Assembly (NCBI GenBank): GCA_963797805.1 | Contig: CAWCRC010000002.1 | Location: forward strand, 200,496-264,495 | Reading direction: 5' to 3' | DNA from: an uncultured Actinomycetes bacterium | GTDB lineage: Bacteria > Actinomycetota > Thermoleophilia > Gaiellales > Gaiellaceae | Length of the DNA stretch: 64,000 nucleotides | Shown here: in pieces, positions 1 through 10,318 of the stretch | How the letters are laid out: every line of letters begins with the position of its first letter | Position numbering within the stretch: the stretch's first letter is position 1 | The notes under the pieces: model-generated | What the model was told of the DNA's origin: nothing | The model's database searches: none | The model's input: the letters and a program-made list of their open reading frames with translations, nothing else | Translations under genes and position numbers: made by a program

Positions 1-429
1 GAGCGGAGGCATCGTCATCAGCCCACGAATCGACGGGTACCGCTCGAGCCAGCTCGGCAGCTCGTCCGGCGCCACGCCCGCCTTGGAGGCCTCCCCCGTC
101 AGGTTCACCTCGAGGAGCGCGGGCACCGTGAGCCGCCGGGCGGCGGAGTCGGAGTCGAGGGAGTGGACGAGCTCGCAGATGCCGTTGACGACCTTGACCT
201 TGTTCGACTGCAGGTGCCCGATGAAGTGCCAGCGGAACGCCGTGCCGTAAGCGGCGTGCTTCGCCGCGAGGTCCTGGGCGCGGTTCTCGCCGACGACCTC
301 CAACCCGGCCTCGGCGAGGACGCTCAGGTCGTCGAGCGAGACGTACTTCGTCGCCGCGACGACGGTCACGCCCGGCCCGGCCTCGTCGCGGATCCCGAAG
401 TACCGCTCGCGCACGGTCGCGGCGTTCAC
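1..429 (-). CDS. yggS: YggS/PLPBP family PLP-binding protein (3' end outside window)
   Basis: Manual translation from GTG at 429 gives VVAATKY, VGENRAQDL and WHFIGHLQSNKVK, all YggS motifs. Start overlaps the cca stop (GTGA). Not in the ORF track because it runs off the edge. Confidence 0.92.
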   Translation of the reverse strand, partial: MNAATVRERYFGIRDEAGPGVTVVAATKYVSLDDLSVLAEAGLEVVGENRAQDLAAKHAAYGTAFRWHFIGHLQSNKVKVVNGICELVHSLDSDSAARRLTVPALLEVNLTGEASKAGVAPDELPSWLERYPSIRGLMTMPPL

Positions 430-1790
430 CCGAGGGCCTCGCGCGCGAGCTCGAGGAGCCGCTCGCGGTCGTTCGCCGACGGATCGTCGATGACGACGTC
501 GAGCAGGCGCGCGAGCTCGGCCCCGAGCGCCGGGCCCTCCCGGAAGCCGATCGCGAGCAGGTCGCCTCCGTCGACCGCGAGGTCGGCGAGCGCGTACGCG
601 GCATCGCGCTGCTCGTCGACCGCACCCTCGAGCAGCGCGAGGTGCTCGAGCTCCCAGGGCTCGACCTGCTTCATCGCGAGGTCGAATCGCTTGTGGAGCA
701 GCAGCTCGCGCGCCAGATGGAGGCCGTTCGAGGCGAGGAAGCGCCGCGCGAAGAGGCCGTCGATCGGCCCGTCGAGCCAGAAGGCGTGGCCCGCCACGAG
801 CCGCACGACCTCCTGTCGCAACGTGTTCGGGTACCGCAGGCGCCGCATCACGCGGCCGGTGATTTGCGCACCGAGCTGTGCGTGATCGCCGTCGTCCGCG
901 TCCGCCTCCGGCTTGCCGAGGTCGTGGAAGAGGGCCGCCAGCCGGACGGGAAGCGGTGCATCCCCGTCCGCCGCCGCCTGTGCGACGCCGAACAGGTGCT
1001 CGTCGAGCGGCACCGGCTGCCGCGGCGACCCCAGGTCGTAGCCGATCACCGCTGCGAACTCGGGCACGACCTCGACGAGGGCGCCCGTGTCGCGTGCGAT
1101 CCGGAGCGCATCCAGCGGCCGGATCCCGAGCAGCAGCTTCGAGAGCTCACCGAGCCCGTCGGCCGCGACGCCGCCCCCGACCCGCTCGCCCGAGACGTGA
1201 CGGAGGCCGCGGGCGTCCGCGCGCATCTGCTCGACGGTCTCCGCGGGCAGTGTGAAGCCGAGCTGCGACACGAGCCGGAGTCCCCGGAGGATGCGCAGCG
1301 GATCCTCGCGGAAGCTGGCCGGCGACACGGTCCGGAGCTCGCGCCGCTCGAGGTCGGCGACGCCGTCGAACGGATCGACCAGCTCGCCCGTCTCCAGGCG
1401 TCGCGCGATCGCGTTCACCGTGAAGTCCCGCCGCCCCATGTCGGCCTCGATCGAGACCGATCCGTCCGCGACGATCTCGAAGTCCCGGTGCCCCGGGCCG
1501 ACGCTGCGCTCGGCCCTTGGTGGCGTCAGCTCGATCCCGGCGGGAACGAGCGGCCGAATCTCGCGGTCGCGCGGGTAGAAGCGCACGCCGACGAGCTGGC
1601 CGTGCACCTCCATGTCCTCGACGCGCCCATGCGGCTCGAGCGCCGCGCGCAGCCCGGCCTGGTCGACCCCGGGCACGAGGAAGTCCTCGTCGTGGTGCTC
1701 GATGCCGAGGAGCTCGTCCCGGACCGCGCCGCCGACGACGTACGCATCGAGACGGAGCGAGCGGATGTAGCGACGGACGGCGGTCGGCAC
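426..1790 (-). CDS. cca: CCA-adding tRNA nucleotidyltransferase / poly(A) polymerase family with HD domain
   Basis: VVGGAVRD..DED, RRDFTVNA, EDPLRILR and FHDLGK motifs. Start trimmed to the GTG 6 nt after a GACAAT -10-like hexamer. Confidence 0.88.
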   Translation of the reverse strand: MPTAVRRYIRSLRLDAYVVGGAVRDELLGIEHHDEDFLVPGVDQAGLRAALEPHGRVEDMEVHGQLVGVRFYPRDREIRPLVPAGIELTPPRAERSVGPGHRDFEIVADGSVSIEADMGRRDFTVNAIARRLETGELVDPFDGVADLERRELRTVSPASFREDPLRILRGLRLVSQLGFTLPAETVEQMRADARGLRHVSGERVGGGVAADGLGELSKLLLGIRPLDALRIARDTGALVEVVPEFAAVIGYDLGSPRQPVPLDEHLFGVAQAAADGDAPLPVRLAALFHDLGKPEADADDGDHAQLGAQITGRVMRRLRYPNTLRQEVVRLVAGHAFWLDGPIDGLFARRFLASNGLHLARELLLHKRFDLAMKQVEPWELEHLALLEGAVDEQRDAAYALADLAVDGGDLLAIGFREGPALGAELARLLDVVIDDPSANDRERLLELAREALG

Positions 1791-1836
1791 GGGCGGATTG
1801 TCGCGTCTCCCGCCGTGCGCGCGCCGACGAGTCCTC

Positions 1837-2220
1837 CTACAGGTGCGCGATCGCTTCGATCTCGACGAGCGCTCCCGACGGCAGCTTCGCGACCTGGAAC
1901 GTCGAGCGGGCGGGAGGCCGGTCTCCGACACGCGCCGCGTAGACCGCGTTCATCGCCTGGAAGTCGTCGAGGTCCATCAGGAAAACGCTCGTCTTGACGA
2001 GCTTGTCCAGTGAGCTGCCCGCCTCCTCGAGGATCGCCTGGAGATTCGCGAGCACCTGCTCCGTCTGCCGGGTGATGTCGCCCTCGACCGCCGTGTCGCC
2101 CGGCTTCAGGCCGAGCTGCCCGGCAACGAAGACGAAATCCCCGGCGACGATCGCCTGGTTGTACGGGGCGCCCTGGAACGGCGCCGGGGCGGCCTCGGTG
2201 CGAACGACGCGCTTCTCCAT
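1837..2220 (-). CDS. ridA: RidA/YjgF/UK114 enamine deaminase
   Basis: PYNQAI, VAGQL, PPARST and LPSGALVEIEAIA motifs; GGAG SD upstream. Confidence 0.93.
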   Translation of the reverse strand: MEKRVVRTEAAPAPFQGAPYNQAIVAGDFVFVAGQLGLKPGDTAVEGDITRQTEQVLANLQAILEEAGSSLDKLVKTSVFLMDLDDFQAMNAVYAARVGDRPPARSTFQVAKLPSGALVEIEAIAHL

Positions 2221-2246
2221 CTCGTCTCCTTCGGACGTCGGTGCGG

Positions 2247-2726
2247 TCAGCGGGCGGTGTCGGAGGCGCGCGCGAGGGCGACGCCGAGCGCCTTGAAGAT
2301 CGCCGCAAGCGCGTTCCCCGTGTCCTCACCCTCCATCAGGCGGACGTGCACCGTCAGGCCGGCCTCCTCCGAGAGCCGGTCGAGGAAGCGCGCGGCGAGA
2401 TCGGTCCCGAGCCCGCCGGCCCCCGTCAGGTCGGCGTTGGAGGCGACCAGCGGTCGGCCCGAGCGCTCGACGACGACCATCGCGAGCGCCTCGTCGGCCG
2501 GTGCGGTCGCCACGCCGAGGGCGCCGTCGGCGAGACGGGGCGCGACGGCCCGGCCGAGCGCCGTCCCCGCGGCATCGACCTCGGCTTCCGGGTCGTCCGG
2601 CTCGATCTCGAGCGCGAGGTCGAATCCGCCTGCGCGGGCGAGCTCGGCGAGGAGATGGTCGAGCACCGGCACGCCGGTCGAGACGTTCGACGCTCCCGTC
2701 CCCTCGGTGATCCGCGCGCCGCTCAC
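2247..2726 (-). CDS. Degenerate imidazoleglycerol-phosphate dehydratase (HisB/IGPD)-like protein lacking the metal-binding HH motifs
   Basis: C-terminal 159 aa of ORF 2247..4529: [23 protein letters not shown] and [10 protein letters not shown] match the IGPD scaffold. GTG overlaps the murA stop. Confidence 0.8.
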   Translation of the reverse strand: MSGARITEGTGASNVSTGVPVLDHLLAELARAGGFDLALEIEPDDPEAEVDAAGTALGRAVAPRLADGALGVATAPADEALAMVVVERSGRPLVASNADLTGAGGLGTDLAARFLDRLSEEAGLTVHVRLMEGEDTGNALAAIFKALGVALARASDTAR

Positions 2727-4003
2727 AGGTCCACCCGCTCGATCGACGCGCCGAGTGCCTGCAGGCGCTCGTCGATCCGCTCGTAGCCGCGGTCGATCTG
2801 GCCGATGTTCCCGATCGTGGAGCGCCCCTCGGCGCAGAGCGCGGCAATCACCATCGCCATGCCCGCGCGGATGTCCGGGCTCTCGAGCCGCTGCCCGTAG
2901 AGGCGCGCCGGGCCCGTCACGACGACCCGGTGGGGGTCGCAGAGGATGATCCGCGCGCCCATCGAGACGAGCTTGTCGACGAAGAACAGGCGGCTCTCGA
3001 ACATCTTCTCGAAGACGAGCACCGTCCCGCGCGCCTGCGTCGCGGCGACGACGGCGATCGACGTCAGGTCGGCGGGGAAGGCGGGCCAGATGCCGCTCTC
3101 GATCTTCGGGATCTGGTCGCCGAGGTCGTCGACGACGTGGAGGTCCTGCGCGGGCGGGACGCGCACGGTCGTCTCCCCCACGTCGAGCTCGATCCCGAGC
3201 TTCCGAAAGGCGGGCACGATCGAGATGAGGTCGTCGGGCTCGACGTCCTCGATCGTGACCTCGCCGCCCGTCGTCGCGGCGAGCGCGGCGAAGCTCGCCA
3301 CCTCGACGTGCTCGGAGCGGATCCGGTGCGTTCCGCCTCCGAGGCCGTCGACGCCCTCGATGCGGAGGATGTTCGAGCCGATGCCCTCGATCCGCGCGCC
3401 GAGCGACACGAGGAAGTGGCAGAGATCCTGGATGTGGGGCTCGCATGCGGCGTGGCCGACGATCGTCTCGCCCTTTGCGAGCACCGCGGCCATCACTGCG
3501 TTCTCCGTCGCCATGACGCTCGCCTCGTCGAGGAACAGGCGCTTTCCGACGAGCCCCGAGGTGCGCAGGTCGTACGCGCCGTTGAGCTCGGCCTCGACCC
3601 CCAGCTCGGCGAACGCGTGGATGTGCGTGTCGAGCCGGCGCCGGCCGATGACGTCGCCGCCCGGCGGCGGGACGGTGGCGCGTCCGAAGCGGGCGAGGAG
3701 CGGGCCGGCGAGCAGGAACGACGCGCGGATCTCGCGCCCGAGCGTCGGATGGAGCTCGGTCTTCGAGACGCCCGAGGAATCGACGGTCACCTCGTTCGCA
3801 CCCGTCCAGGCGGCTTCGGCACCGAGATCGGCGAGCAACTCGACCATCGTCTCCACGTCGCGAATCCGCGGGACGTTGGTGAGCGTGACGGGCTCCGAGG
3901 CCAGAATCGTCGCGGCGAGGATCGGCAGTGCGCCGTTCTTGTTGCCCGCCGCGCGAACGCTCCCCGACAGCGGACGCCCGCCTTCGATCACGAACGACAG
4001 CAT
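2723..4003 (-). CDS. murA: UDP-N-acetylglucosamine 1-carboxyvinyltransferase
   Basis: [29 protein letters not shown] (Asp at the fosfomycin-target Cys position), FESR, DIRAG and IDRGYE motifs. Confidence 0.96.
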   Translation of the reverse strand: MLSFVIEGGRPLSGSVRAAGNKNGALPILAATILASEPVTLTNVPRIRDVETMVELLADLGAEAAWTGANEVTVDSSGVSKTELHPTLGREIRASFLLAGPLLARFGRATVPPPGGDVIGRRRLDTHIHAFAELGVEAELNGAYDLRTSGLVGKRLFLDEASVMATENAVMAAVLAKGETIVGHAACEPHIQDLCHFLVSLGARIEGIGSNILRIEGVDGLGGGTHRIRSEHVEVASFAALAATTGGEVTIEDVEPDDLISIVPAFRKLGIELDVGETTVRVPPAQDLHVVDDLGDQIPKIESGIWPAFPADLTSIAVVAATQARGTVLVFEKMFESRLFFVDKLVSMGARIILCDPHRVVVTGPARLYGQRLESPDIRAGMAMVIAALCAEGRSTIGNIGQIDRGYERIDERLQALGASIERVDL

Positions 4004-4028
4004 GCGGGGCGGTATCGTACCCGGCCCC

Positions 4029-4604
4029 GTGGAGGTGACTCGCGACAGAGCCTGGGAGACGCTGACCCGCTACACGAAGAGCGAGTCGCTGCTGCGGCAC
4101 GCGCTGGCGGTCGAGGCGTCGACCCGGTTCTATGCGCGGAAGCTCGGCGAAGACGAAGATCTGTGGGGCTGCGTCGCGCTGCTCCACGACTTCGACTACG
4201 AAATCCACCCCACCCTCGACAAGCACCCGCAGGACGGCGCGCCGATCCTCCGTGAGGAGGGCTACCCGGAGATCGTCATCGAGGGGGTCCTCTCGCATGC
4301 CGAGCACCTCGAGATGCCGCGGGACACGCCGCTCAAGCGCACGCTCTTCGCCTGCGACGAGCTTTCCGGGTTCGTCCACGCGTGCGGGCTCGTGCGCCCC
4401 GCCGGCCTCGACGGGCTCGAGCCGAAGTCGGTGAAGAAGAAGCTCAAGCAGCCGTCCTTCGCGGCGGGCGTCCACCGCGACGAGGTCTATGCGGGCGCCG
4501 AGCTGCTCGGGCTCGAGCTCGACGAGCACATCGCGAACGTCATCGCGGCGCTGCAGCCGATCGCTCCGGAGCTCGGGCTCCGCACCGCCGCCGACGCGGC
4601 CTGA
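4029..4604 (+). CDS. HD/HDIG-domain phosphohydrolase
   Basis: [26 protein letters not shown] and [13 protein letters not shown] motifs. Confidence 0.85.
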   Translation: MEVTRDRAWETLTRYTKSESLLRHALAVEASTRFYARKLGEDEDLWGCVALLHDFDYEIHPTLDKHPQDGAPILREEGYPEIVIEGVLSHAEHLEMPRDTPLKRTLFACDELSGFVHACGLVRPAGLDGLEPKSVKKKLKQPSFAAGVHRDEVYAGAELLGLELDEHIANVIAALQPIAPELGLRTAADAA

Positions 4605-4616
4605 GCACCCCCGTTC

Positions 4617-5676
4617 CTAGCGGAGCGCCGCGACGAGCCGGTCGAGATCGTCGTCGCTCGTCCACCAGCCGCAGGAGGCCCGAACGATCCCGCGCCCGGG
4701 GAGCTCCCGGACGTGGACGCCGGCCTCGTGGAGACGCTCGACCACCACGGCCGGCTCTTCCTCCGGACGGAAGGCGACGAGCGTCCCCGGCACCGGCGGC
4801 GTCAGGAGCTCCACGCGCCCCTCCAGGAGCGCGCGACAGCGCCGACGCCGCCTCCGCGGCCCGCTCGTGCGCCCAGTCCGGACGCAGCGCGATCGCCGCG
4901 AGCATCCCGCGGATCAAGCCCGGCGCCCACCAGCCCGTGTCGAACCGGCGCGCGCTCGGGTGCGGCTCGAAGCTCCCGTCCGGCTCGTACCGCGTCTGCG
5001 CGAAGTAGCTCGGCGACACCATGGCGAGCCGCTCGGGGTCGCCGACGACGAGGGCACCGGTCGCATCCGGCCCGCAGAGCCACTTCTGGCCGGAGATGGT
5101 GAGGAAGTCGACGCCCTGCGCGGTGGTCGGGATCGCGCCGACCGACTGCGCTCCGTCGGCGAGCACCGGCACGCTGGTCCGCTCGCGAAGGTCCGAGAGC
5201 GGGAGCACAGCTCCGGTCGTCCAGAGCACCTGCGACGTCGCAATGAGCTTCGTCCTGGACGTGACGGCAGCGAGGATGAGATCGGGGTCGGGCGGCACGA
5301 CGACGACCGTCGCGGCGGACGCTCCGATCGGCCCGAGAAGGCCGAAGTGCTCGTCGGTCGTCGTGACGATCTCGTCCCCCGCCTCGAGGCCGAGACCGCG
5401 GAGCACGATCGCGCATCCCTCGCTCGTGGACGACGTGAGCGCCACCTGCTCCGGTTCCGCGTGGACGAGCGCCGCGAACGCACCTCGGAGCTCCTGGCGG
5501 GCGGCGATCGTCTCCTCGAAGTGCGGCACGCCGGTCCGGCCCTCGGCGAGATCCCGGGCGATCCCCGCCGTCATCGCCTCCGCGACCGGCCGCGGGAGAG
5601 GGCCGAACGTACCCGCGTTGAGGTACGCGATCCGCTCGAGCACCGGGAAGAGCGCGCGCGCCTCGCCGAACGTCAT
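4617..5676 (-). CDS. Class V PLP aminotransferase (cysteine desulfurase/lyase-like); +1 frameshift near 4842
   Basis: YLNAGTFGP, DGAQSVG and SGQKWLCGP motifs. The C-terminus (VRASCGWW) continues in ORF 4617..4814. Confidence 0.85.
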
Positions 5677-6386
5677 CGCGCGTCGACCTCCACGACGCAG
5701 TCGACCGGAGGGTGGTCGGAGAGCACGACCCCGTCGGTCGTTCGACGCTCACGCGCCCAGGGCACCGCAACCTCCGCCGAGGCACCCCGCACGAGCACGT
5801 GGTCGATGCCCTCGCCCGCCCTCGAGTAGCCGTCGAGGACCGGCGAACGGAGGTTGAAGTCCCCCGCGAGGACGATCGCGTCGCCCGGTTGCGCGCCCGA
5901 CTCGACGAATGCGCGCGCGCGATCGACCTCGTCGCGGGGCACCGATGGATCGCGGAACTCGTTCGAGGCGTGGAGGTTCCCGACGACAACACCGGCCCGG
6001 TCGAGGCGGACGGCCTGGACGAGCCGCCGCTCTCGTCCGTCAGCGCTGATCTTTTCGTGACCCAGATCGCTCGCCTCGTGCTGCGAGGCGACGAGGATCG
6101 CGTTCGCCTGACCCGCGAGACCCGAGCGGAACAGGCCCTGGTGGGCGCGCGTGACCCAGGTCGAGACCGGCCCGAGCCAGAGCGGCGCCCGGGTCACCGC
6201 TCCGAAGGAGCGCATGCCCGACCAGTTGTCGATCCGTGGGAGCGCCCAGACCGGGATCTCCTGCAGGCAGAGGACGTCGGGGCGGTCGGCGCTCGCGAGC
6301 TCGACCATCCGCCGCAGGAACCCCTTGCGGCGCGGCGGATCGGCGTTTCCGTGGAAGACGTTCCAGCTGCGGATGACGAGTCGCAC
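5673..6386 (-). CDS. Endonuclease/exonuclease/phosphatase family protein
   Basis: SWNV, LCLQE, AGDFN, IDHV and SDH motifs. Confidence 0.88.
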   Translation of the reverse strand: MRLVIRSWNVFHGNADPPRRKGFLRRMVELASADRPDVLCLQEIPVWALPRIDNWSGMRSFGAVTRAPLWLGPVSTWVTRAHQGLFRSGLAGQANAILVASQHEASDLGHEKISADGRERRLVQAVRLDRAGVVVGNLHASNEFRDPSVPRDEVDRARAFVESGAQPGDAIVLAGDFNLRSPVLDGYSRAGEGIDHVLVRGASAEVAVPWARERRTTDGVVLSDHPPVDCVVEVDAR

Positions 6387-6415
6387 GGCCCGATCATCTA
6401 GGTACGGTCGGTCCG

Positions 6416-7468
6416 ATGCACGTCGTTCTCGCGGATCCGCCCGCCTTCACTCCGCCGTACGACCACGAGCTCGCCGCGGCCCTCGCGCGCGCCGGTACGA
6501 CCGTCGAACTCGTCACGTCGCCGTTTCGCTTCGGCACCCGTCCCGCGCCCGACGGGTACCGGCTCGAGGAGACCTTCTACCCGCGCTCGAGCGGCATCGA
6601 CCGCCGTCGGCTGCGCCTCGCGGTGCGCGCGCTGGAGCATCCGCGGGGAATGCGCCACGTCGTCGGGACGAAGGCGGACGTGCTGCACTTCCAGTGGCTC
6701 GCGGCGCCCGAGCTCGACCGGGTGCTGCTCCGGACGGAGACGCCGCTCGTCTTCACCGCGCACGACCTGCTGCCGCGCCGGACGGCCCGGCGCACGCGAA
6801 CGTGGAAATCGCTCTTCGCCCGGTTCGACCGCGTCGTCGTGCACTCGGAGCGAGGGCGCGCGACGCTCGCCCAGTTCGGCGTCGCCCCCGAGCGACTCGC
6901 GGTGATCCCCCATCCCGTCTTCCGGAGCGACCCGCCTCGGCGCGACGACGGCCGCACCGTTCTCTCGCTCGGCGTGATCCGGCCGTACAAGGGCCTCGCC
7001 GACGCGATCGACGCGGTCCTCGCTCTTCCGGAGGCGCGCCTGCTCGTCGCGGGCGACCCCCGCATCCCCCTCGACGTGCTGCGCGCACGCGCAGCCGATC
7101 GTGCCGAATGGCGACTCGGGTACCTCGATCGCGCGGAGATCGAGCGGGCGCTCTCGGAGGCGACCGTCGCGATCTTCCCCTACCGCGCGGAGCTCGACCA
7201 GTCCGGCGCGCTCCTCCAGGCACTCGGGGCGGGCGTGCCGGCCGTCGTCTACGACGTCGGCGGGCTCGGCGAGGTCGTCGATCGCTTCGCGGCCGGCCGG
7301 GTCGTCCCGCCCGGCAACGTCGAGGCGCTCGCCGCTGCGCTCCGCGAGCTGCTGGAGGACGCCGGAGCGCTCGCCGCGGCGTGCGCGGGTGCCGAGCGCG
7401 CCCGCGCCACACTGACCTGGAACGCCTCCGCGCAGGAGCATCTCGATCTCTACCGGGAGGTCGCGTGA
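6416..7468 (+). CDS. GT4 family glycosyltransferase
   Basis: HFQW, TAHD, RPYKG and PY..QSGALL..G.P.V..DVGGL.E motifs. Confidence 0.88.
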   Translation: MHVVLADPPAFTPPYDHELAAALARAGTTVELVTSPFRFGTRPAPDGYRLEETFYPRSSGIDRRRLRLAVRALEHPRGMRHVVGTKADVLHFQWLAAPELDRVLLRTETPLVFTAHDLLPRRTARRTRTWKSLFARFDRVVVHSERGRATLAQFGVAPERLAVIPHPVFRSDPPRRDDGRTVLSLGVIRPYKGLADAIDAVLALPEARLLVAGDPRIPLDVLRARAADRAEWRLGYLDRAEIERALSEATVAIFPYRAELDQSGALLQALGAGVPAVVYDVGGLGEVVDRFAAGRVVPPGNVEALAAALRELLEDAGALAAACAGAERARATLTWNASAQEHLDLYREVA

Positions 7469-7785
7469 GGCGCCGCCGCGGCGCGTTCGACGAGCTCATC
7501 TCCCGGCAGCTCGCGCTCTTCGACGAGGACGAGGCCGCGCTCCTCGCGGAGGCGGACGAGGCCGAGGAGGCGTGGATCCGCTCGGGACGGGACGAGGCAG
7601 AGGAGTCGTACGGAGACTTCCAGCTGGTCGTGGACGCGATCGCCGACCGGCTGCTCGAGATCCGGGACGGCTACGCCTCCACGCTCGACGACGAGGCGGC
7701 GGAGTCGTACCGCCTCACCTTCCATGCCGCGGTCGCCAGGCGCTTCCGCCGCTACGCGTCGCTCGTCGCCGACCTCGAGCCCTGA
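7465..7785 (+). CDS. Hypothetical acidic helical protein (106 aa)
   Basis: GTGA overlap with the GT4 gene; strong GC3 codon bias in the C-terminal part of ORF 6151..7785. Confidence 0.7.
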   Translation: MRRRRGAFDELISRQLALFDEDEAALLAEADEAEEAWIRSGRDEAEESYGDFQLVVDAIADRLLEIRDGYASTLDDEAAESYRLTFHAAVARRFRRYASLVADLEP

Positions 7786-8126
7786 TCGTCGTCGAGGCCC
7801 GGCTCGCTGGAGCGCCGTGGACGCAGCGACCGGGCGAGCTTGAGATGCGTGGCGGCCTCGTCGTGCCTGCCCTGGTTCCGCAGCGCGCGGCCAAGCGCGT
7901 AGTGCGCATAGTCGTCGGCGGGGGCGAGCTCGAGCACCTTGCGGAACTCCGCTTCGGCCTCCGCCCAGCGGCTGATCCGGAAGTACGCGATCCCGAGCGC
8001 CTCGCGGATCGACGCCTTGTCCGGCTCGAGCCGCTTCGCCTTCTCGAGCGCGACCGTCGCCTGCGCCGGCATGCCGTCCCGGAGATGACGCCACCCCTGC
8101 TGGTACAGGTCGTACGCGGACGTCAT
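7752..8126 (-). CDS. Tetratricopeptide repeat protein
   Basis: TPR-like repeats (EALGIAYF, AHYALGRAL); CACGAT 6 nt before the ATG. Confidence 0.85.
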   Translation of the reverse strand: MTSAYDLYQQGWRHLRDGMPAQATVALEKAKRLEPDKASIREALGIAYFRISRWAEAEAEFRKVLELAPADDYAHYALGRALRNQGRHDEAATHLKLARSLRPRRSSEPGLDDDQGSRSATSDA

Positions 8127-8130
8127 CCCG

Positions 8131-10318
8131 TCATCGTGCCGCGCGTGTCAAGGAGCGCAGCGACAGAGCGGCGCGAAGCCGTGACGACGGCGTGGCCCGC
8201 GACCGCGCAGCCGCGAGCACGTGCCCGAGCTCGGTGCGGGCGCGCACCGCAGCGGTGCGGGCCCCGTCCCGTGGTCCGAACCGGGCCTCGGCGAGCGCAT
8301 CCGTGAGCGCCCCGGCCGGAATGGCGAGCACGCGCTCCGTCGCCCGCTGGAGGTCGGTCGTCGTCGACACCGCCGCGACCGAGGCGCCCCGGTCGAGCAG
8401 CGTGGCGACGAGCTCCGCTCGCACCCCGCTCGCAAGACGACGCGGATCGCGGTGTCGGAGGCGTCGTGTGCGGCGCGCCCACTTGACGGCCACGAGCGCA
8501 GCCGCCGCCGCGACCGGAACGAGCGGGAGGACGAGGAGCCACCATGGGAACGACCGCGTCTCGGTCGGGACCGGCGTCGGGGTCGCCGTCGTCCCGCCCG
8601 GCTCGAACGACGGATTGAAGTCGAGGAAGCGCCCCGTCCCCAGCGCGGCAACGGCATCGGCCGAGTCCGAGGCGAGGGTGTAGACGGCGGAGAGCGTGCC
8701 CCGGCCGGGGGTCGGGTCGAATGCGAGCCAGCCGAAGCCGTCGAACCACGCCTCGACCCATGCGTGCGCCTGGTGGTCGGTCACCGTCCAGACGCCCGCC
8801 TTCCACGTCCCCGCGGTGAAGCCGACGGCGACCCGCGACGGGATGCCGACCAGCCGCAGCATGAGGGCCATCGCGCCGGCGTAGTGCTGGCAGTACCCGA
8901 GGCGCGTCACCTCGACGAAGTCGACGAGCGGCGGCGCCCCCGAAGCCGTCACCGGCGGCCGCTCCTCGTACTGGAAGCCGTCCGTCGCGGCGGAACCAGC
9001 GCTCGAGCAGAAGCGTCGCCTCGTACGGCGAGCGCGCCCTTGCGGTGCGCCGTCGCGCCTCCTCCCAGAGCGGACGGTATGCCCACAGCGGCTGATACCG
9101 GTCGTCCGTGAAGTACCGGTCGACCTGGCGCTCCCTCGCGCTCACCCCGAAGCCCGGGAACCGCGCGCGACCGAGCTCGAGGTACCGTCCGGCCTCGTCC
9201 GGATAGCGGGGCTTCGAGGCCGCGAGAGCGCGTGGCGTCGGGCGCGGCGCGTAGCTCCAGACGGTGTACTCCGCCCCGCGACGGACTTGCTGGCCGGCGC
9301 GCATCACGCCGCCGGCGAGGAACGACAGTCGCCCGAGGGAAGGCCCATCGATTCGCGCGGGCTGGCTCGCAGCCGCGACACGATCGTCGTCAAGCCCTTC
9401 GACGGTCACGACCTGGCGAAGCCACTGTCCCGGGTTCACATCCCGGCTCGGCACCAGCGGGTCGGCGGGAAGCGTCCGCCTCGGGCCGCCGATGTCCACC
9501 GGGTAGAGGTTCTCGATCCAACGGTCGGCCGCGAAGGTCTCGAGCGTCGAGACACGCCAGTACTCCGCGCGCTTCGGCGCTCGGACGCGGAGCACCACCG
9601 TCGGCCGCGCGGGGAACTCGATCCCCTCGTACGTCGCGTCCCAGACATAGCGCAGACTTGTCGTGCGCCCGCTCCCGGCGAAGGGATCCCAGCCGCGCCA
9701 GTCGATTCGCGCCTCGCTCGGGCTCACGCCCGCTGTCGCGGCCGCCACCGCCACGGCGAGCACGATGCCTCCGACCACGACTCCGGGTGCCGTCCGGCGC
9801 ACGCTGCGGAGGCTGGGCACGAGCAGCGCCCAGAGGACGGCGCCGAGCGCGAGGGCTCCGAGCGCGAGCGCGTTCACGTCGTCGAGCAGGCGCGCCGGGA
9901 AGCCGATTCCGACCGCCACAGCGGCCACGACGATCGCGATCCGGCGTGTCGCAGCGGCGAGCGACGCAGCGAGCGCGAGACCGAAGGCCGCGACCACGAC
10001 GAGGCCGTCGAGTGACGGGTACGCGGTCGGATCGAACGGCGCCCGCACAGCCGGCGCGTCGTGCAGCGCCGTCCAGGCGTCCCCGACGGCCGCGTGGGGC
10101 CAGGTCGAGAACGCGACGGCGAGCATCGTCCCGGCGGCGAGCACCGCAACACCGATACGCCAGGCGCCGCCGAAGAGCGTCGGCAGCACGGCCAGCGCTC
10201 CGGCCACCGCGAACGTGCGCCATGCCACGGGCTCCTCGAGCATCGACCACGCGACGAGCACCGTCGCGACCGCGGGGGCGGCCGTGACGGCGTCGCGGAC
10301 CCGGATGCGGCTAACCAA
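8131..10318 (-). CDS. Membrane transglutaminase-like protein (TgpA/DUF3488 type); +1 frameshift near 8980
   Basis: Multi-TM N-terminus and YWR motif, then GYCQHYAGAM, RVAVGF, HAWVE and FDPTP in ORF 8131..8952. Confidence 0.85.

Noticed and set aside
2247-4529. Apparent 760-aa ORF (likewise N-terminal extensions of 11522..13336, 12493..14211, 19604..22093 and 57166..58899)
   Set aside because: Only the C-terminal parts are genuine; the true starts overlap the upstream stop codons. These are not fusions.
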